A stretch of 64,000 bases of DNA from Octopus vulgaris. Its lineage: Eukaryota. Shown one piece after another: positions 1-12,015 of this stretch. Position 1 is the stretch's first letter. The number at the start of each line of letters is the position of its first letter. The stretch is from the NCBI GenBank assembly GCA_951406725.2, contig OX597827.1:19964001-20028000 (forward strand). Direction: 5' to 3'. A program made the position numbers and the translations under genes. The notes beneath the pieces were generated by a model that saw nothing but the letters and a program-made list of their open reading frames with translations, searched no databases and was not told the origin of the DNA.

Positions 1-159
1 GCTCAGCAATTTCAAACTATTTAACCAATCAAAAAGGTAAAAAGGGGTTAATGCCAGAGGTTTCTCCTTTCCAAGCAACTTATTCCTAAATTAAAGTAAA
101 TTTCTTACGTGACATTTGAGTGGCAAACCCACAATTTACCGAACGAGTTCCTATCCTCC

Positions 160-420
160 GAAAAGCTCTATCTACGACGATGTTCATCTCAATCGAAGGA
201 GAGGGGCTTTCTCCGTCCGGGTTGCGGATCCGTGGAATAAGCTGCCGGACGAGATAGTGAAGATGCCGACGAACGCTCGGTTCAAAGTCTCTTTTGACCG
301 GAAATGGCCTGAGCTCTTTGTATGACCATCCTCCCTGTACATAACTCCCTGTACCCCTACATGGCCTTGCTTTTGCTTTTTGAGCCAATAAAAATTAAAT
401 TAAATTAAATTAAATTTAAA
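160..420 (+). mobile_element. CR1/L2-group LINE 3' end
   Basis: HLNRRRGAFSVRVADPWNKLPDEIV (typical FSxRVxxxWNxLP C-terminus) plus (TAAAT)n tail; near-identical copies at 40955-41425 and 44378-44780. Confidence 0.85.
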
Positions 421-786
421 ATTATCAAGCATCGACGCAATACACCAGCCCCTCTCCCCTCTCACCTTTCCTTCCCTTACATCTTTCTATTTTACTCTCA
501 ATCTGCTCCCTCACTGTTAATATATCCCTCACGCTTCTCCAGCTTCTAATTATCATAATATATTAAATGTTTTTTTCAATATTTCTTCCCTGCCAAGTCT
601 TAATAGTGAACGAATGCTATTATAACAAAGGTGTTAGGCTTAGAAGCGATGCACGTCATCAGTTTTCGACTCGTATCAAACAGAACAAACAATTCTCAAT
701 CTTTGTTATAGTGTTCGCGTAAATGGCACCGGGACAGGATAGTTTGCAGTAGCATCGTATGAATTATTATAAGGATGTTAAACTAA

Positions 787-1101
787 ACTAGCACTATGAC
801 CCGGCAACATGCGAGTACTGTCCAAATCACCGACCAATCACATACAGCTAGCTGGCATTCAATTGGCGTATCAAGTTTCGGGAATTTTGATTGGGTTTTG
901 GATAGAAAATTCACAAAAAAGTCACTTCTATTGATTTTTTAATGGCTTTGATGGGTGACTGGGGAAATGTAAAGATGTACACGACCACCCTTGGACGGTT
1001 TTGAATGACCATAGAAAGTGCGAGCCCTCTAACTGAAAAATTGTGGATTTGTATAAAGGACACACACACAGACAGACATTTTGCCGTTTATATATAGAGA
1101 T
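787..1101 (+). mobile_element. Helitron/Helentron-like non-autonomous element
   Basis: Starts actagcactatgacccggc, ends acacacagacagacattttgccgtttatatatagagat, the layout typical of HINE-like elements. Confidence 0.45.
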
Positions 1102-1194
1102 AATATTTTGAAAGCATTTAATACGGACATTTCAGATCATTGCTCAACTGGTTATGGTCAAACAACTGACAAGCAAATCTGCGGTATTGAGCAG

Positions 1195-1450
1195 ATGGTT
1201 TATCTGACCATTTCCTTTTCCTAAATCGTAAGCAATTTTAACTTTCCGTAGCATCACAGTGAGCGGTGCCGTAGCCAATACGAAGAGTAATGGAGATAAG
1301 CTATCACCTCGGAATATTCTACGTCTGATGTTCACTTTTCCGAGTTTTCGTTTTCCTCCGATCAATTCAGTATTCCAATGTTTCATATTTTCTTTCACCA
1401 TTTTCTCTGGGGGTTTTTTTGGTTTTTTTGTTACTCCAAACATGGTCATT
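1195..1450 (-). mobile_element. R4/Dong-like LINE RT fragment
   Basis: WNTEL...VNIRRRIFRGDSLSPLLFVLA...QINHLL (degenerate GIFQGDSLSP / INHLLYMDD motifs). Confidence 0.8.
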
Positions 1451-1599
1451 GTTTTACGTATTCAACTGTACTTAACAACTGTCTCCAGCACCTCAACTGA
1501 TCGAGAGGCGGCATGATATGACCATTGTTATTTGCCATCCTAAAACCATTACAGCAACGGCCATTTTAGTGTGCATCGCGCCAGGAACACCAAAATGTT

Positions 1600-2200
1600 G
1601 TGTACATAACCATCTGCCATTTTTCTTCTTAGACTTTTGATATTTGTCAAAGCTTCTCTCATCAGAGAAGAACCAAAGCGGGACAAGTTCGTCGTTGGGT
1701 GGTTTCAAGCTCGTTAACTAACCGTTTGACACGGATCAAACGGTTTTCCCGTGTCTTTGCAGACATGAATTGGCCCCTATTCATAGCATACAACTTGTAT
1801 CGAATGTCCTTATGTACCACAGTCCTGACTGTCCACTCCGACGCCTGAAGTTCTTTGACGATGTCCTTCATTGAATTTCTGGGTCCATCATCCATAACGT
1901 TTTGAATGCAGTGGATAAACTGCAGTGTTCTTATAGTGTCTGGATGTTTAGAATATTTCGCATCTTTGATACAGATGAAGTTCTATCGAACTTTGTGTGC
2001 TTAAAGATTTTGCAGCATTTAGAAAGATGTCTATTTCTAAATTTCTGTGTTCTGCACATATGGCAACAATGATTGCTTGTCTTCTTATTTCTTGTGTTAG
2101 CATTTAATCTGCCATTAGGGATCTAAATGAAATAAAACCTTTTAATCGGTTTGAAGAGAGTAATATGCTGATAATTGTCCTCAAATACCCCTCGCAACCT
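1600..2200 (-). mobile_element. Tc1/mariner-superfamily transposase remnant
   Basis: HTH-like PRNSMKDIVKELQASEWTVRTVVHKDIRYK followed by frameshifted LWFFSDE catalytic motif. Confidence 0.75.
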
Positions 2201-2239
2201 GCGCGTAAGTATGTATGTGTTTATGTATGTATGTGTGTG

Positions 2240-2396
2240 TAGGAGTGGCTGTGTGGTAAGTAGCTTGCTTACCAACCACATGGTTCCGGGTTCAGTCCCA
2301 CTGATGGCACCTTGAGCAAGTGTCTTCTACTATAGCCTCGGGCCGACCAAAGCCTTGTAAGTGGATTTGGTAGACGGAAACTGAAAGAAGCCTGTC

Positions 2397-2456
<60 letters not shown>

Positions 2457-2660
2457 TTGTCCCCCCAACATCGCTTGACAACCGATGCTGGTGTGTTTAC
2501 GTCCCCGTAATATAGCGGTTCGGCAAAAGAGACCGATAGAATAAGTACTAGGCTTACAAAGAATAAGTCCTGGGGGTCGATTTTCTCGACTAAAGGCGGT
2601 GCTCCAGCCCCAGTCAAATGACAGAAACAAGTAAAAGAGTAAAAGAGAGAGTAAAGAGTA
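2240..2660 (+). mobile_element. tRNA-derived SINE family A (resembles octopus OK-type SINE) with internal (TA)n(TG)n
   Basis: A/B-box head tggctgtgtggtaag...ggttcagtccc, tail ggcggtgctccagc...gaaacaagtaaaagag; at least 7 similar copies in the window. Confidence 0.9.
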
Positions 2661-3303
2661 TTGTTAATGAGCCAATATTAAAATAGTTGATATTATTTTG
2701 AGTCTTAAATATATAGGAAAGGTTACAAAATTTAAGTGGCTTTAGTCATACTTATAGTTTCACAGCAAGTATATTGACATCGATGGGTGCATAATGAAAG
2801 GAAGTCTATTCAATACAGTACATGTTTCCGATCATACAATGGAGAGACCCCACAGCCAATACCCTATAACGTCTCCTGGAGTGTACGATCCTCCTTTTGT
2901 TTGAGATCGTGAGCGACACTGATGGACAGAGGCTGAATAGCGATGTCATGAAATTAATATCTTAATCTAGATAAACTGTATCTTTACATATATGTATATG
3001 TGTGTGTATGTTCATGTGCATATATGTGTGCGCAGATATCACTATGTGACTAATAAGGACAATCTTGATCGAGCAGATCAATAACCAAACGTAATCCAAC
3101 CGTGACTATACCGTCAGTATTTATATCAAGAGTTTACAATTTCTTATGAGTCCTTTTTTTCTGCGTGAGGTAATATGTAATTTCAAGAATTTTTGGCTGC
3201 TATTTCAAGCGACAAAGGCCACTGTTGCTACTGTTGTTGTTTAGACTTTGGTTAATCTTGGCCGTGACCATTTTTTTCTTTTTGTGCATCTTGAACTGTC
3301 TTG

Positions 3304-3731
3304 GGATCTTTTCGGTTTGAACGGCAGTTTTTAACATAATTTCTAGGTAACTAAAAAATTTTAAACTTCGTATACTGGTAGAATGTGTTTATAAAACATC
3401 TTTTTCTCTTGGCTTTATTGAGAAAATTCTATAGTTTGTAAGATATTTGTTGTTGTTTTTTCTTCAATTTCTGCAATTTCAACCAATCAGTGACGTCTAT
3501 TGAGTTAAAAAGCATTCTGTGCCGTATGAATATGTCCCTCATTTAAGAAACAGATTGGGTTTATTTACATTTGTGAAGAAAAAAAGATACCCTTCCCCCC
3601 ACCCCAAACCCTAACTAACCCTAACCCAAAAAGAGATAGAAATGCAATAGATCGATACTAGGGTCATAATTATGGGTGACAATTTCATATGACACCGCTA
3701 GAAAAAACTGCCGTTCAAACCGAAAAGATCC
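3304..3731. mobile_element. ~430-bp MITE with GGATCTTTTCGGTTTGAACGGCAGTTTTT TIRs and internal TTAGGG-like repeats
   Basis: ~29-bp TIRs; five copies in the window; no clean 8-bp TSD for this copy. Confidence 0.9.
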
Positions 3732-4110
3732 CAAGCGATTATGGTTGTTTAGAATTTTGGTCAATCTTGGCCGTGACCATTCTTTCTTTTTGTGCATCTT
3801 GAACTGTCTTGTCTAATGTGTCCTTTCTTTTCAAAGATGGTAGATTAAATCAGACTTGGCTGCTATTTTTAGCATGACCACTAACCATGTTGAGGTTACC
3901 TCCGTTGCTGCTCATCAGATTATAGTTATTGCTATTTTGTTCTTTTGTTTGTTTTTCTCTGTCAGTTGCTGTTGTTACTAAGATATTGAATGTTGATATT
4001 GTTCTTGTTAGTATTGTTGTTGATACCGTTGTTGTTGTTGTTGTTGCTGCTGTTGTTACAATTATTACCATTGTGCTCTATTCTATTCCATCGCCCCTTG
4101 TCCCATTTTA

Positions 4111-4197
4111 TTAATGTCTTCCAAGTGGAATGAAGAAATATCCTGCAACGATCATGGCAGCTGCAACTAGTTCTCCGAATCTTCCAGCAGACGCCAT
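4111..4197 (-). CDS. Candidate 28-aa single-pass membrane micropeptide (or C-terminal exon of a longer protein), antisense inside a VMAT intron
   Basis: Minus strand: catttttctttctcAG acceptor (exon starts 4210), aaaATGG Kozak-like start, MASAGRFGELVAAAMIVAGYFFIPLGRH*; balanced-composition unique island between microsatellites; AATAAA overlaps the stop. Confidence 0.5.
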   Translation of the reverse strand: MASAGRFGELVAAAMIVAGYFFIPLGRH

Positions 4198-4237
4198 TTT
4201 GTCGTTCGTCCTGAGAAAGAAAAATGTTTGTAATAAA

Positions 4238-4289
<52 letters not shown>

Positions 4290-4297
4290 TTGTGTGT

Positions 4298-4357
<60 letters not shown>

Positions 4358-5009
4358 GCGTGTGAGCGATCTTTTTTCTTTATAAGTGCGTATATATAGG
4401 GTAGTGACGAGAGAGAGAGAGAATGTGTACTTCTGTGTTTGTGTGTGATTTTTTTTTTTGTTTTTGTGGTTTTATTTTGGTCATATTATTGTCAGTGTTT
4501 CTTTGGTTATTTTTTTTCTCTAGTTTTGTCAAGTTTTATTGTATTTCCATATTACTTGCGACTCTTCATCGATGGCCTTTGTTATAGATTCACTCCCCTT
4601 CAGTCTTACTCTTCACTCACATCTCTCACATAAATAAATCAGAAAAAATATTAAAATTAATCAAATCAACGAATGTAACGAGGACAGAATCGGTGTTGTC
4701 TATTTTACTACAGTTTCATAATGTTCACTTATAGCACTTGTAAATGATCAGTGATATCTGAAGAATAAAATGAATAGACAGCAGCAGCAACAACAACAAT
4801 ATTAATCCTATCTTTATGATTGTCACAAAGCCAACAGATAACTTTACAAAGGACGATTATGAAGTTGGTGGAGATTTTCGCAGAATCTATCCTGGCAAAG
4901 AACCGGCATTAAAAATGAGAGCCTACAAAAGGGATTAAGAAGCGCCTCACTAAGTAGGAGCAGCTAATCAAGGAAGCGCACAGATCCAAGATTACTTTGA
5001 TACCAACAT

Positions 5010-5740
5010 CAAGTGTCCTTTCCTGAGCTTGTTCTTGTTTACCAGGTGCATAATGAGGGTAAGCCATTCATACGCGACACCTTCACAAATCTCACCGGCT
5101 TTGAAACAAATTCACCGGAGAGAAACACCTCTTCCTTGTCCTCTCATAAACTTATCCAAGCGGAAGCTAAAGAAATTAATGAGGGTTTTCATGAAGGTCA
5201 CCAGACCATGGAAAATTGCGCACTCCTCCCGATTAAAGGAAGATGACGGCGTGATCATTACAATAGATCTATCCAATACTCGACAATAGCTTGGAAACTG
5301 AACGAGTGCGTGTAGAACGATTACGAACAGGTTTAACAAACTGCAGTGCAATACCCGTGGAATTATTCCGCATCGGAATTCCAGGCATTTCCAAGCTAGA
5401 TATTTCTAGAAGTTGTCAGTGGTTTCGGAGGTGAAAGTCGTCTGCAACAGACTTGTCCAAGCCCAGTCTTTCTGAGAATAGCGTCACTCTTTCCCAACTC
5501 TACAGAATGCGAGAGCTGATTCACCATCGGCTGCATTGCCTGACTGGGAGAGAACTGTGGCAGTCTGACAACATTCTAAATGCCAGAAACCCAATCTTGG
5601 TCTCCGCTTATGACGTTATCAGCAGGGATTAAATCTAACTACTTGAGAAGCTTCCGGTGTGCACTGAAGTAACAGGCCTCTGAAACGGACTAAACTTGGT
5701 GCCACCGATGGTCAACTCTGTCATAGGCTTTGGATAAGAG
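5010..5740 (-). mobile_element. Degenerate L1/Tx1-like LINE 3' fragment
   Basis: Coding-like composition with decayed F-x-PKPLxNF..YLAWKC-like segment; resembles the fragment near 56700-57360. Confidence 0.4.
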
Positions 5741-5759
5741 TCCCATCGAAGTTAGGTTT

Positions 5760-6078
5760 GTTGCCCCATGCATGGTGTATTCCCTGCAAATCACTCCTCC
5801 ACCTCATGTAATACATCGCAGAAAAGGTGGCTTAGAAACTCTGAGCCATCTGGATCAATTCAAGGCCAGTACCAGGCAGTGGCTCTCATGGGCCCCACAT
5901 GCAAGGTCATTTATGGGTGACGATTTTCTTCATGTGAGATCACCATGTTGTGCACATATGGTTGTGATGCATGTGCCTGGTGTACCCTTACCAGAGGGGT
6001 AGTCATGATGGGTATATTGGGCTTTATATACATATACCCCTGTGTCACTTTGATGGCATGCCCTGCTCTCTCACTCAA
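5760..6078 (-). mobile_element. Unclassified interspersed repeat (TAA-associated family)
   Basis: Reverse-complement similarity to 11017-11560 (tgagtgagagagcag...catcaaagt...aagcccaatatacc). Confidence 0.7.
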
Positions 6079-6763
6079 TAATGATGATCGTGAGGAGGAG
6101 GCGGCGGAGGAGGAAGGTAAATTTGATAAGGATTCCTAATGATGACAACTATGGTGATGATGACGATCATCATCATCATCGTCGTCGTGACGATAGCTTG
6201 CATCTTTTTTCTACGGTAAGAAAATTTCTTTTGTAAGTGACTCCTGTTTATAAATTATGGTGGATAACTTTCTGACGCATGAATCCTATTATTTGTGGAC
6301 AAGAATGTTAGGAGCGGAGGAAAAAAAGGAGTGGGAGGAGAGAGGGGTGGGAGGAGAGGAGCGTGGGAGGAGAGAGGGTGGAGAAGTAAATTGAAAAAAA
6401 GGGAGAAGTAAAATATGGAGAAAATAGAATAATTTTATTTTGATTGTTTGTTTGTTTTAACAATAAAAAATATAAACGGAAACAAAGGAAATAAAAAAGG
6501 TGTAAAAATGAAGAGGAAGTGAAGCATGTGAGTAAGAATGGTTGACTATGGAAGAATGCGAAACGATGGTGTAAAGAATATAACAAGGATGGGTGAAGGG
6601 GATGGAATACACGTCGAAATAGTGGAGATTGTTTATTTAGAAATATACGAAAAGATGTCGCTAAGAACAATGATGGCTTTTCTTTTCTTTCATAAGTAGA
6701 CATCTGCTGTCTTCATTCTTTATTTAAAATGGAGAATGTGCGTGAATGGATTAATGGATGGAT

Positions 6764-6804
<41 letters not shown>

Positions 6805-6859
6805 GACAGTGAACTAGAGAGAGAGAGAAATAGACAGAGAACTAGAGAGACAGAGAGAA

Positions 6860-6920
<61 letters not shown>

Positions 6921-7313
6921 GAGAGAGAGAGAGAGAGAAATAGATAGATAGAGAGAGAGAGAGAAATAGACAGTGAACTAGAGAGAGAGAGAGAGAGAGA
7001 GAAAGAAATAGATAGACAGAAATAGAAAGAGCGAGATAGATAGATAGATAGATAAATAGATAGAAATAGCGTATGTGTCTGACGTCTTTATTTAATAATT
7101 GAAACAATCATATTCAGTAATTTTCCAGTTGCCAAACTTAAATATCGGTTCCTTTTTAGTAAAAAAAAAATTGAAAGAATCGCAAAGTAGCAAGTTTAGA
7201 CAAAATATGTATATTCTTTATTTTCCAAAATGTATGAATGTTCGTCATTTTGGTCGGTGAACCGTTGGACAAGTAAAATTAAAATCTAAAATATTTTTAA
7301 TTTTCTTTTGCAG

Positions 7314-7397
7314 TTTTTGCTTTCGCCAATTCCTACTCCACATTATTCCTTGCCAGATCCATTCAAGGAATCGGCTCTGCTTGTTCCAGTGTTTCAG
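7314..7397 (+). CDS. VMAT: VMAT (SLC18A1/A2-like vesicular monoamine transporter) internal exon, 84 nt, phase 1-1
   Basis: ttttcttttgcAG acceptor, GTaatc donor; translates xFAFANSYSTLFLARSIQGIGSACSSVS(G), matching the VMAT TM3-TM4 motif ARSLQGIGSSCSSVAG; frame continues into the next exon. Confidence 0.95.
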
Positions 7398-7644
7398 GTA
7401 ATCTTGAAAATATATTTTAAACGCGAGCGCACACACGTACGCACACATACAGACGCACACACAGAAACACACACACATATACACACATACATACATACAT
7501 ACATACATACATAATACATACATACATACAAACGCACACACACGATTGCCATCTTATTCTTATTGAAAACGAAATACCTTACCAAACAATTCCTTTTTGT
7601 TTTTACGGTTGATTCTGTGAGACTTTAGTATCCTGCAAATTGAC

Positions 7645-8059
7645 GGATATTTTCGGTTTGAACGGCAGTTTTTTAAAATAATTTCTAGGTAACTAAAAAA
7701 TTTTAAACTTCGTATACTGGTAGAATATGTTTATAAAACATATTTTTCTCTTGGCTTTATTGAGAAAATTCTATAGTTTGTAAGATATTTGTTGTTTTTT
7801 TTCTTCAATTTCTGCAATTTCAACCAATCACTGACGTCCTTGAGGTAAAAAGCATACTGTGCCGTATGAATATGTCCCTCGTTTAAGAAGCAGATTGGGT
7901 TTATTTACATTTGTAAAGAAAAAAAGATACCCTTCCCCCTAACTAACCCTAACCCTAAAATAGATTGAAATGCAATAGATCGATACTAGGGTCATAATTA
8001 TGGGTGACGATTTCATATGACACCGCTAGAAAAAACTGCCGTTCAAACCGAAAAGATCC
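7645..8059. mobile_element. GGATC-TIR MITE, 8-bp TSD AAATTGAC
   Basis: TIRs plus exact TSD at 7637-7644 and 8060-8067. Confidence 0.93.
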
Positions 8060-8920
8060 AAATTGACTTCTACATTTAAGAAGCCAAAGTTCTTTATATA
8101 AATAATTTTGTTTCTCATCACATTTAACTCTTGCTGCTCTCATAAACATCGAGTTTACAAACAATTCCCGAAAGGAAACAAAAATTAACAAATAAACCAC
8201 AGGCAGACACTGAGTTGGGTGCCTTGGCCGTTTCCATGCTGACATAAACATTTCTTTCCAGAGAAGTGAGATCGTTTCCAGTAAAGTCGTCTCATTAGAC
8301 TCGATGTAAACGTGGCAGTGATACGGTGTCACCACTTCAGAAGGGGTTTAAAGGGTAAACTTGTAAAGAAAACATTAGAATCTGCTGTTTTATGATTGAA
8401 GATATTTTTCGTAAGACAGGGATCCGCCGTATTCGCCTTACGAATCCTGGAAAACAATCTAAATAACTTGTATTACAATTCCAACCGCTTAAAATGACTC
8501 AAGTTACAATCAATGCAAAATTGGAAAATATAATTTGCTGTTTACCATATATTATTTAATGTATAATTATACATACATACAAGAAAAAATATTCACAGGG
8601 TGCGACGAGAGGTATTTTAGGGCATATTTTGGTAATTTAGTAAAACAAATCTATAAGGCATCGAGCCAGCAAAATCATTGGCACACCGGACGAAATGTTT
8701 AGCGGCATTTCGTCCATCTTTGCGTTTTGAGATCAAATTCTGTCCAGGGTCGACTTTGCCTATCATCCTTTCGGAGTCGATGAAATAAGTGTGGGTTTCT
8801 TATGTTAGCATTTGATCTGCCATGAGGGATCTAAATGAAATGCTTTTAACCGGTTTGAAGAGAGTAATATACTGATAACTAAGTGATCTGAAATACACTT
8901 TGCCCCCTATATATATATAT

Positions 8921-9048
8921 AAATCTTCTTGCACAGGCATTGCACGTTAACAACATTGATTAAGCTTCGTGCAATGGCCATACTCGATAACGAGGGGGCA
9001 ACCACCATATATATATATATATATATATATATGAGGGGGCAACCACCA

Positions 9049-9081
<33 letters not shown>

Positions 9082-9132
9082 GGTGGTTTCCCCCATATAT
9101 ATATATATATATATATATGTGGTGGATGCCCC

Positions 9133-9177
<45 letters not shown>

Positions 9178-9260
9178 TGGCTCCCCTCGTTAACGAGTAT
9201 GGCCATTGCACGAAGCTTAATCAATGTTGTTATCGTGCAATGCCTTTGCAAGAAGATTTT
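8921..9260. repeat. Foldback element with ~90-bp inverted arms around (TA)n tracts
   Basis: aaatcttcttgcacaggcattgcacg...gcaaccacca vs tggtggctcccctcg...gcctttgcaagaagattt. Confidence 0.9.
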
Positions 9261-9339
9261 TTTAAAGTGAGGAAAGGCTGTGCACTGAGTCAATCCCACT
9301 CACTAAGCAACAGCAGCCATAATCTGAAAAGAAGAACAA

Positions 9340-9722
9340 GTCAACATCATCGGTAACCACTGAGCCGCAGGTTTTATGCCGAAGTTATCCCAGTTACCTG
9401 AGTTACCTTCTCCTAGAAGGATGCCCTAACAAAGGCTAGGAGTCCTTCACTCCCAATGTTTTAACCGCGCGATCGGGTATTCAGTCCGATTATTTCTATG
9501 TCCCCGCGCATGATACAGCCTTAAGACATTTATTGGATGGCCGTTGACTCTCAGAGTTCCTCCGCCCTTTGACGGGTTTTGTTTTTCATCCCGCAGGGTG
9601 TCCAAAAAACACCCTCCTCACCAAGCAAGCTTGGTGGGGTTGCCGGTTTAGTCGCCGACGACCCGACCATGCAACAGGTTGTACTGGGTTACCTGTTTCC
9701 AGTAGCACTCGAAAGTGACCTG
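9340..9722 (-). mobile_element. Probable RTE-type LINE 5' UTR fragment
   Basis: GC-rich; minus strand contains ggcatccttctaggagaaggtaactc...aaacc, resembling the motif I recall from RTE 5' UTRs. Confidence 0.45.
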
Positions 9723-9824
9723 ACATATATATATACATACATATACATACATCTAAACATGCGCGCGCGACATATACACTCACGCACACGCGTATATAAC
9801 ATATAAATGATTTATTATTTACAG

Positions 9825-9917
9825 GTATGGGAATGTTAGCAGATAGATATCCAAACGATGCTGAGAGAGGTAAAGCGATGGGTATTGCCCTCGGTGGCCT
9901 CGCTATGGGAGTTTTAG
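9825..9917 (+). CDS. VMAT: VMAT internal exon, 93 nt, phase 1-1
   Basis: ttatttacAG acceptor, GTgagt donor; [31 protein letters not shown], the VMAT-type TM5 (VAChT has GIALAFISFG instead). Confidence 0.96.
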
Positions 9918-10098
9918 GTGAGTACATTTATTTTTATACTGGTTGTTTATCTGTCGCCCATTGTTGATAAAAGAAGAAAGCGCTGCTGTTATGTTTATTG
10001 TTATGAAGACGAGCTGCGGGATGGTTCGAGCGTCAGCGAAAACTACTTTACGGTATTTGTCCAGGTGACTCGATAATGCAATGTATTATTCAAGTACA

Positions 10099-10259
10099 GG
10101 CGTAGGAGTGGCTGTGTGGTAAGTAGCTTGCTTACGAACCACATGGTTCTGGGTTCAGTCCCTCTGCGTAGCACCTTGGGCAAGTGTCTTCTACTATAGC
10201 CTCGGGCCGACCAAAGCCTTGTGAGTGGATTTGGTAGACGGAAACTGAAAGAAGCCCGT

Positions 10260-10297
<38 letters not shown>

Positions 10298-10533
10298 ATT
10301 GTGTGTATGTGTGTGTGTGCATATGTTTGTGTGTCTGTGTTTGTCCCTCCAGCATCGCTTGACAACCGATGCTGGTGTGTTTACGTCACCGTAACTTAGC
10401 GGTTCGGCAAAATTGACCGATAGAATAAGTACTGGGCTTACAAAGAATAAGTCCTGGGGTCGATTTGCTCGATCGACTAAAGGCGGTGCTCCAGCATGGC
10501 CACAGTCAAATGACTGAAACAAGTAAAAGAGTA
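10099..10533 (+). mobile_element. SINE family A, full length
   Basis: Complete head and tail; agtacagg-like duplication at the flanks. Confidence 0.92.
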
Positions 10534-10534
10534 C

Positions 10535-10990
10535 AGGGTTTGATGGTATTGACTGACACCTTTGCCTATTGTTTTGGACTTTCACAACAATATCTGCTTT
10601 ATTTGCTTTGTCAGCAGTTTTGATTTTATAATACCGACACATTATCCAATGTAGATATTGGCCAACTCTGCCATGTCTTGATTTGTACTCTACAACTACT
10701 AAAACCTTAGATCCAGAGATTAGATAGTCCACTGTTTCTGTCCCATCATTGTAGTATCGGCACTTTGGGTCTACACCATTTTTCATCACATTGGCTTGAT
10801 AGTTTCGGTTCAATAAGCTCTGATTTTGGGCATCCAAGACATAGCCTTCACTCTCTGCCTTTAGCCCTGAGCTCTGTAGCCACTGATGGGTGTGCTTCTG
10901 ATCTATATCAGCTTGTTTGTTATGGGCACATATTTTCCATGCAAAGGTTTTTGTTTACACCTATCAGCCAATTGTTCAAACGCATTTTGC
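10535..10990 (-). mobile_element. R4/Dong-like LINE fragment (CCHC zinc-knuckle region)
   Basis: AQNQSLLNRNYQANVMKNGVDPKCR...ETVDYLISG...YKSRHGRVGQYLHW. Confidence 0.85.
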
Positions 10991-11016
10991 TTTGCTATTA
11001 TTATTATTATTATTAT

Positions 11017-11560
11017 TGAGTGAGAGAGCAGTACACGCCATCAAAGTAACGCTGGTGTACAAATATACGAAGCCCAATATACCTAAGATGACTACCCGTC
11101 TGATAAGAGTATACCAGATGCATGCATTATAAACATATATGCGTGACATGGTGATCTCATGTCAAAGATAAACAATGCATGACCTTGTAGGTGGAGCCCA
11201 GTTAGAATTTTCTTCAGGTCGAGTAGCCCACTCCACTCGAAAGGTCTCTGAATAAGGATTGTTTAAGGATGATAAACGAAGCACCCATGTAGCCAGGAGT
11301 GAATTATTCAACTCCCCTTCCAAAATCCCTCTCAACATACGGCTATGATGCTCCCCCACTACTCTTGCTCGTGGTCAGACATGCACATATGGTCAGGCAC
11401 TCTGGGCTCTGCTCAACTGGTTATGGTCAAACAACTGACAAGGAAATCTGTGGTATTGAGCAGAATATTTGGTGCAACCCATCTTTTACACCATCACAAA
11501 TCGTGTACAGGATAACACTACCAACCAGTCTGGTATTGCATCAGGGCATTTGTTATTGTT
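11017..11560 (+). mobile_element. Unclassified ~540-bp repeat next to (TAA)n
   Basis: Homologous to 12400-12850, 5760-6078 (minus) and 1135-1200. Confidence 0.75.
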
Positions 11561-11569
11561 TCCAACAAC

Positions 11570-12015
11570 AACAACAACATAGGTTTTGCATCCCATGAGG
11601 CCTTTTTTCACTTTGTTCCTATGTACAAATAGTCTATCGATATCACTTTTAGGGTGCAGTTCCTTGGTCATCGTCATCACGTTCCTTGTTTTTCTATTTT
11701 CTCAAGCTTGTTCTTTATCCACCAAACAACACCTGCACTGTATTACATTAAGGAAACAGCTCAGGTATTCATTGCCCTGATCTTGTTCTTCCCATTAAGT
11801 CTTCTTTTCATAATTAATTTGGTTCTTCTGAGGTATTCTTGTCTCAAGCTTTTCTTCATGTCATTCTCCTCGATTTTGTCGTACTCCCAAATACCCAAAT
11901 ATTTATATCCATCAATCTCAACATCTTTGATACCGTTTGGTAGTTCTACACCATCAGATGACATTACTTTGCTTTTTTTAGGATAAGCATACCACACATT
12001 TTAACCCTGAATTCC
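11570..12015 (-). mobile_element. R4/Dong-like LINE RT-thumb fragment
   Basis: YKYLGIWE...EYLRRTKLIMKRRLNGKNKIRAMNT and LHPKSDIDRLFVHR...GL. Confidence 0.85.

Noticed and set aside
4130-4399. Plus-strand ORF MKKYPATIMAAA...
   Set aside because: Shadow of the minus-strand candidate, running into (TG)n
7583-7632. Minus-strand 50-nt exon-like segment (tttgcAG...GTaagg)
   Set aside because: Weak pyrimidine tract broken by a MITE; stop codon in the frame compatible with the micropeptide; at most a UTR exon
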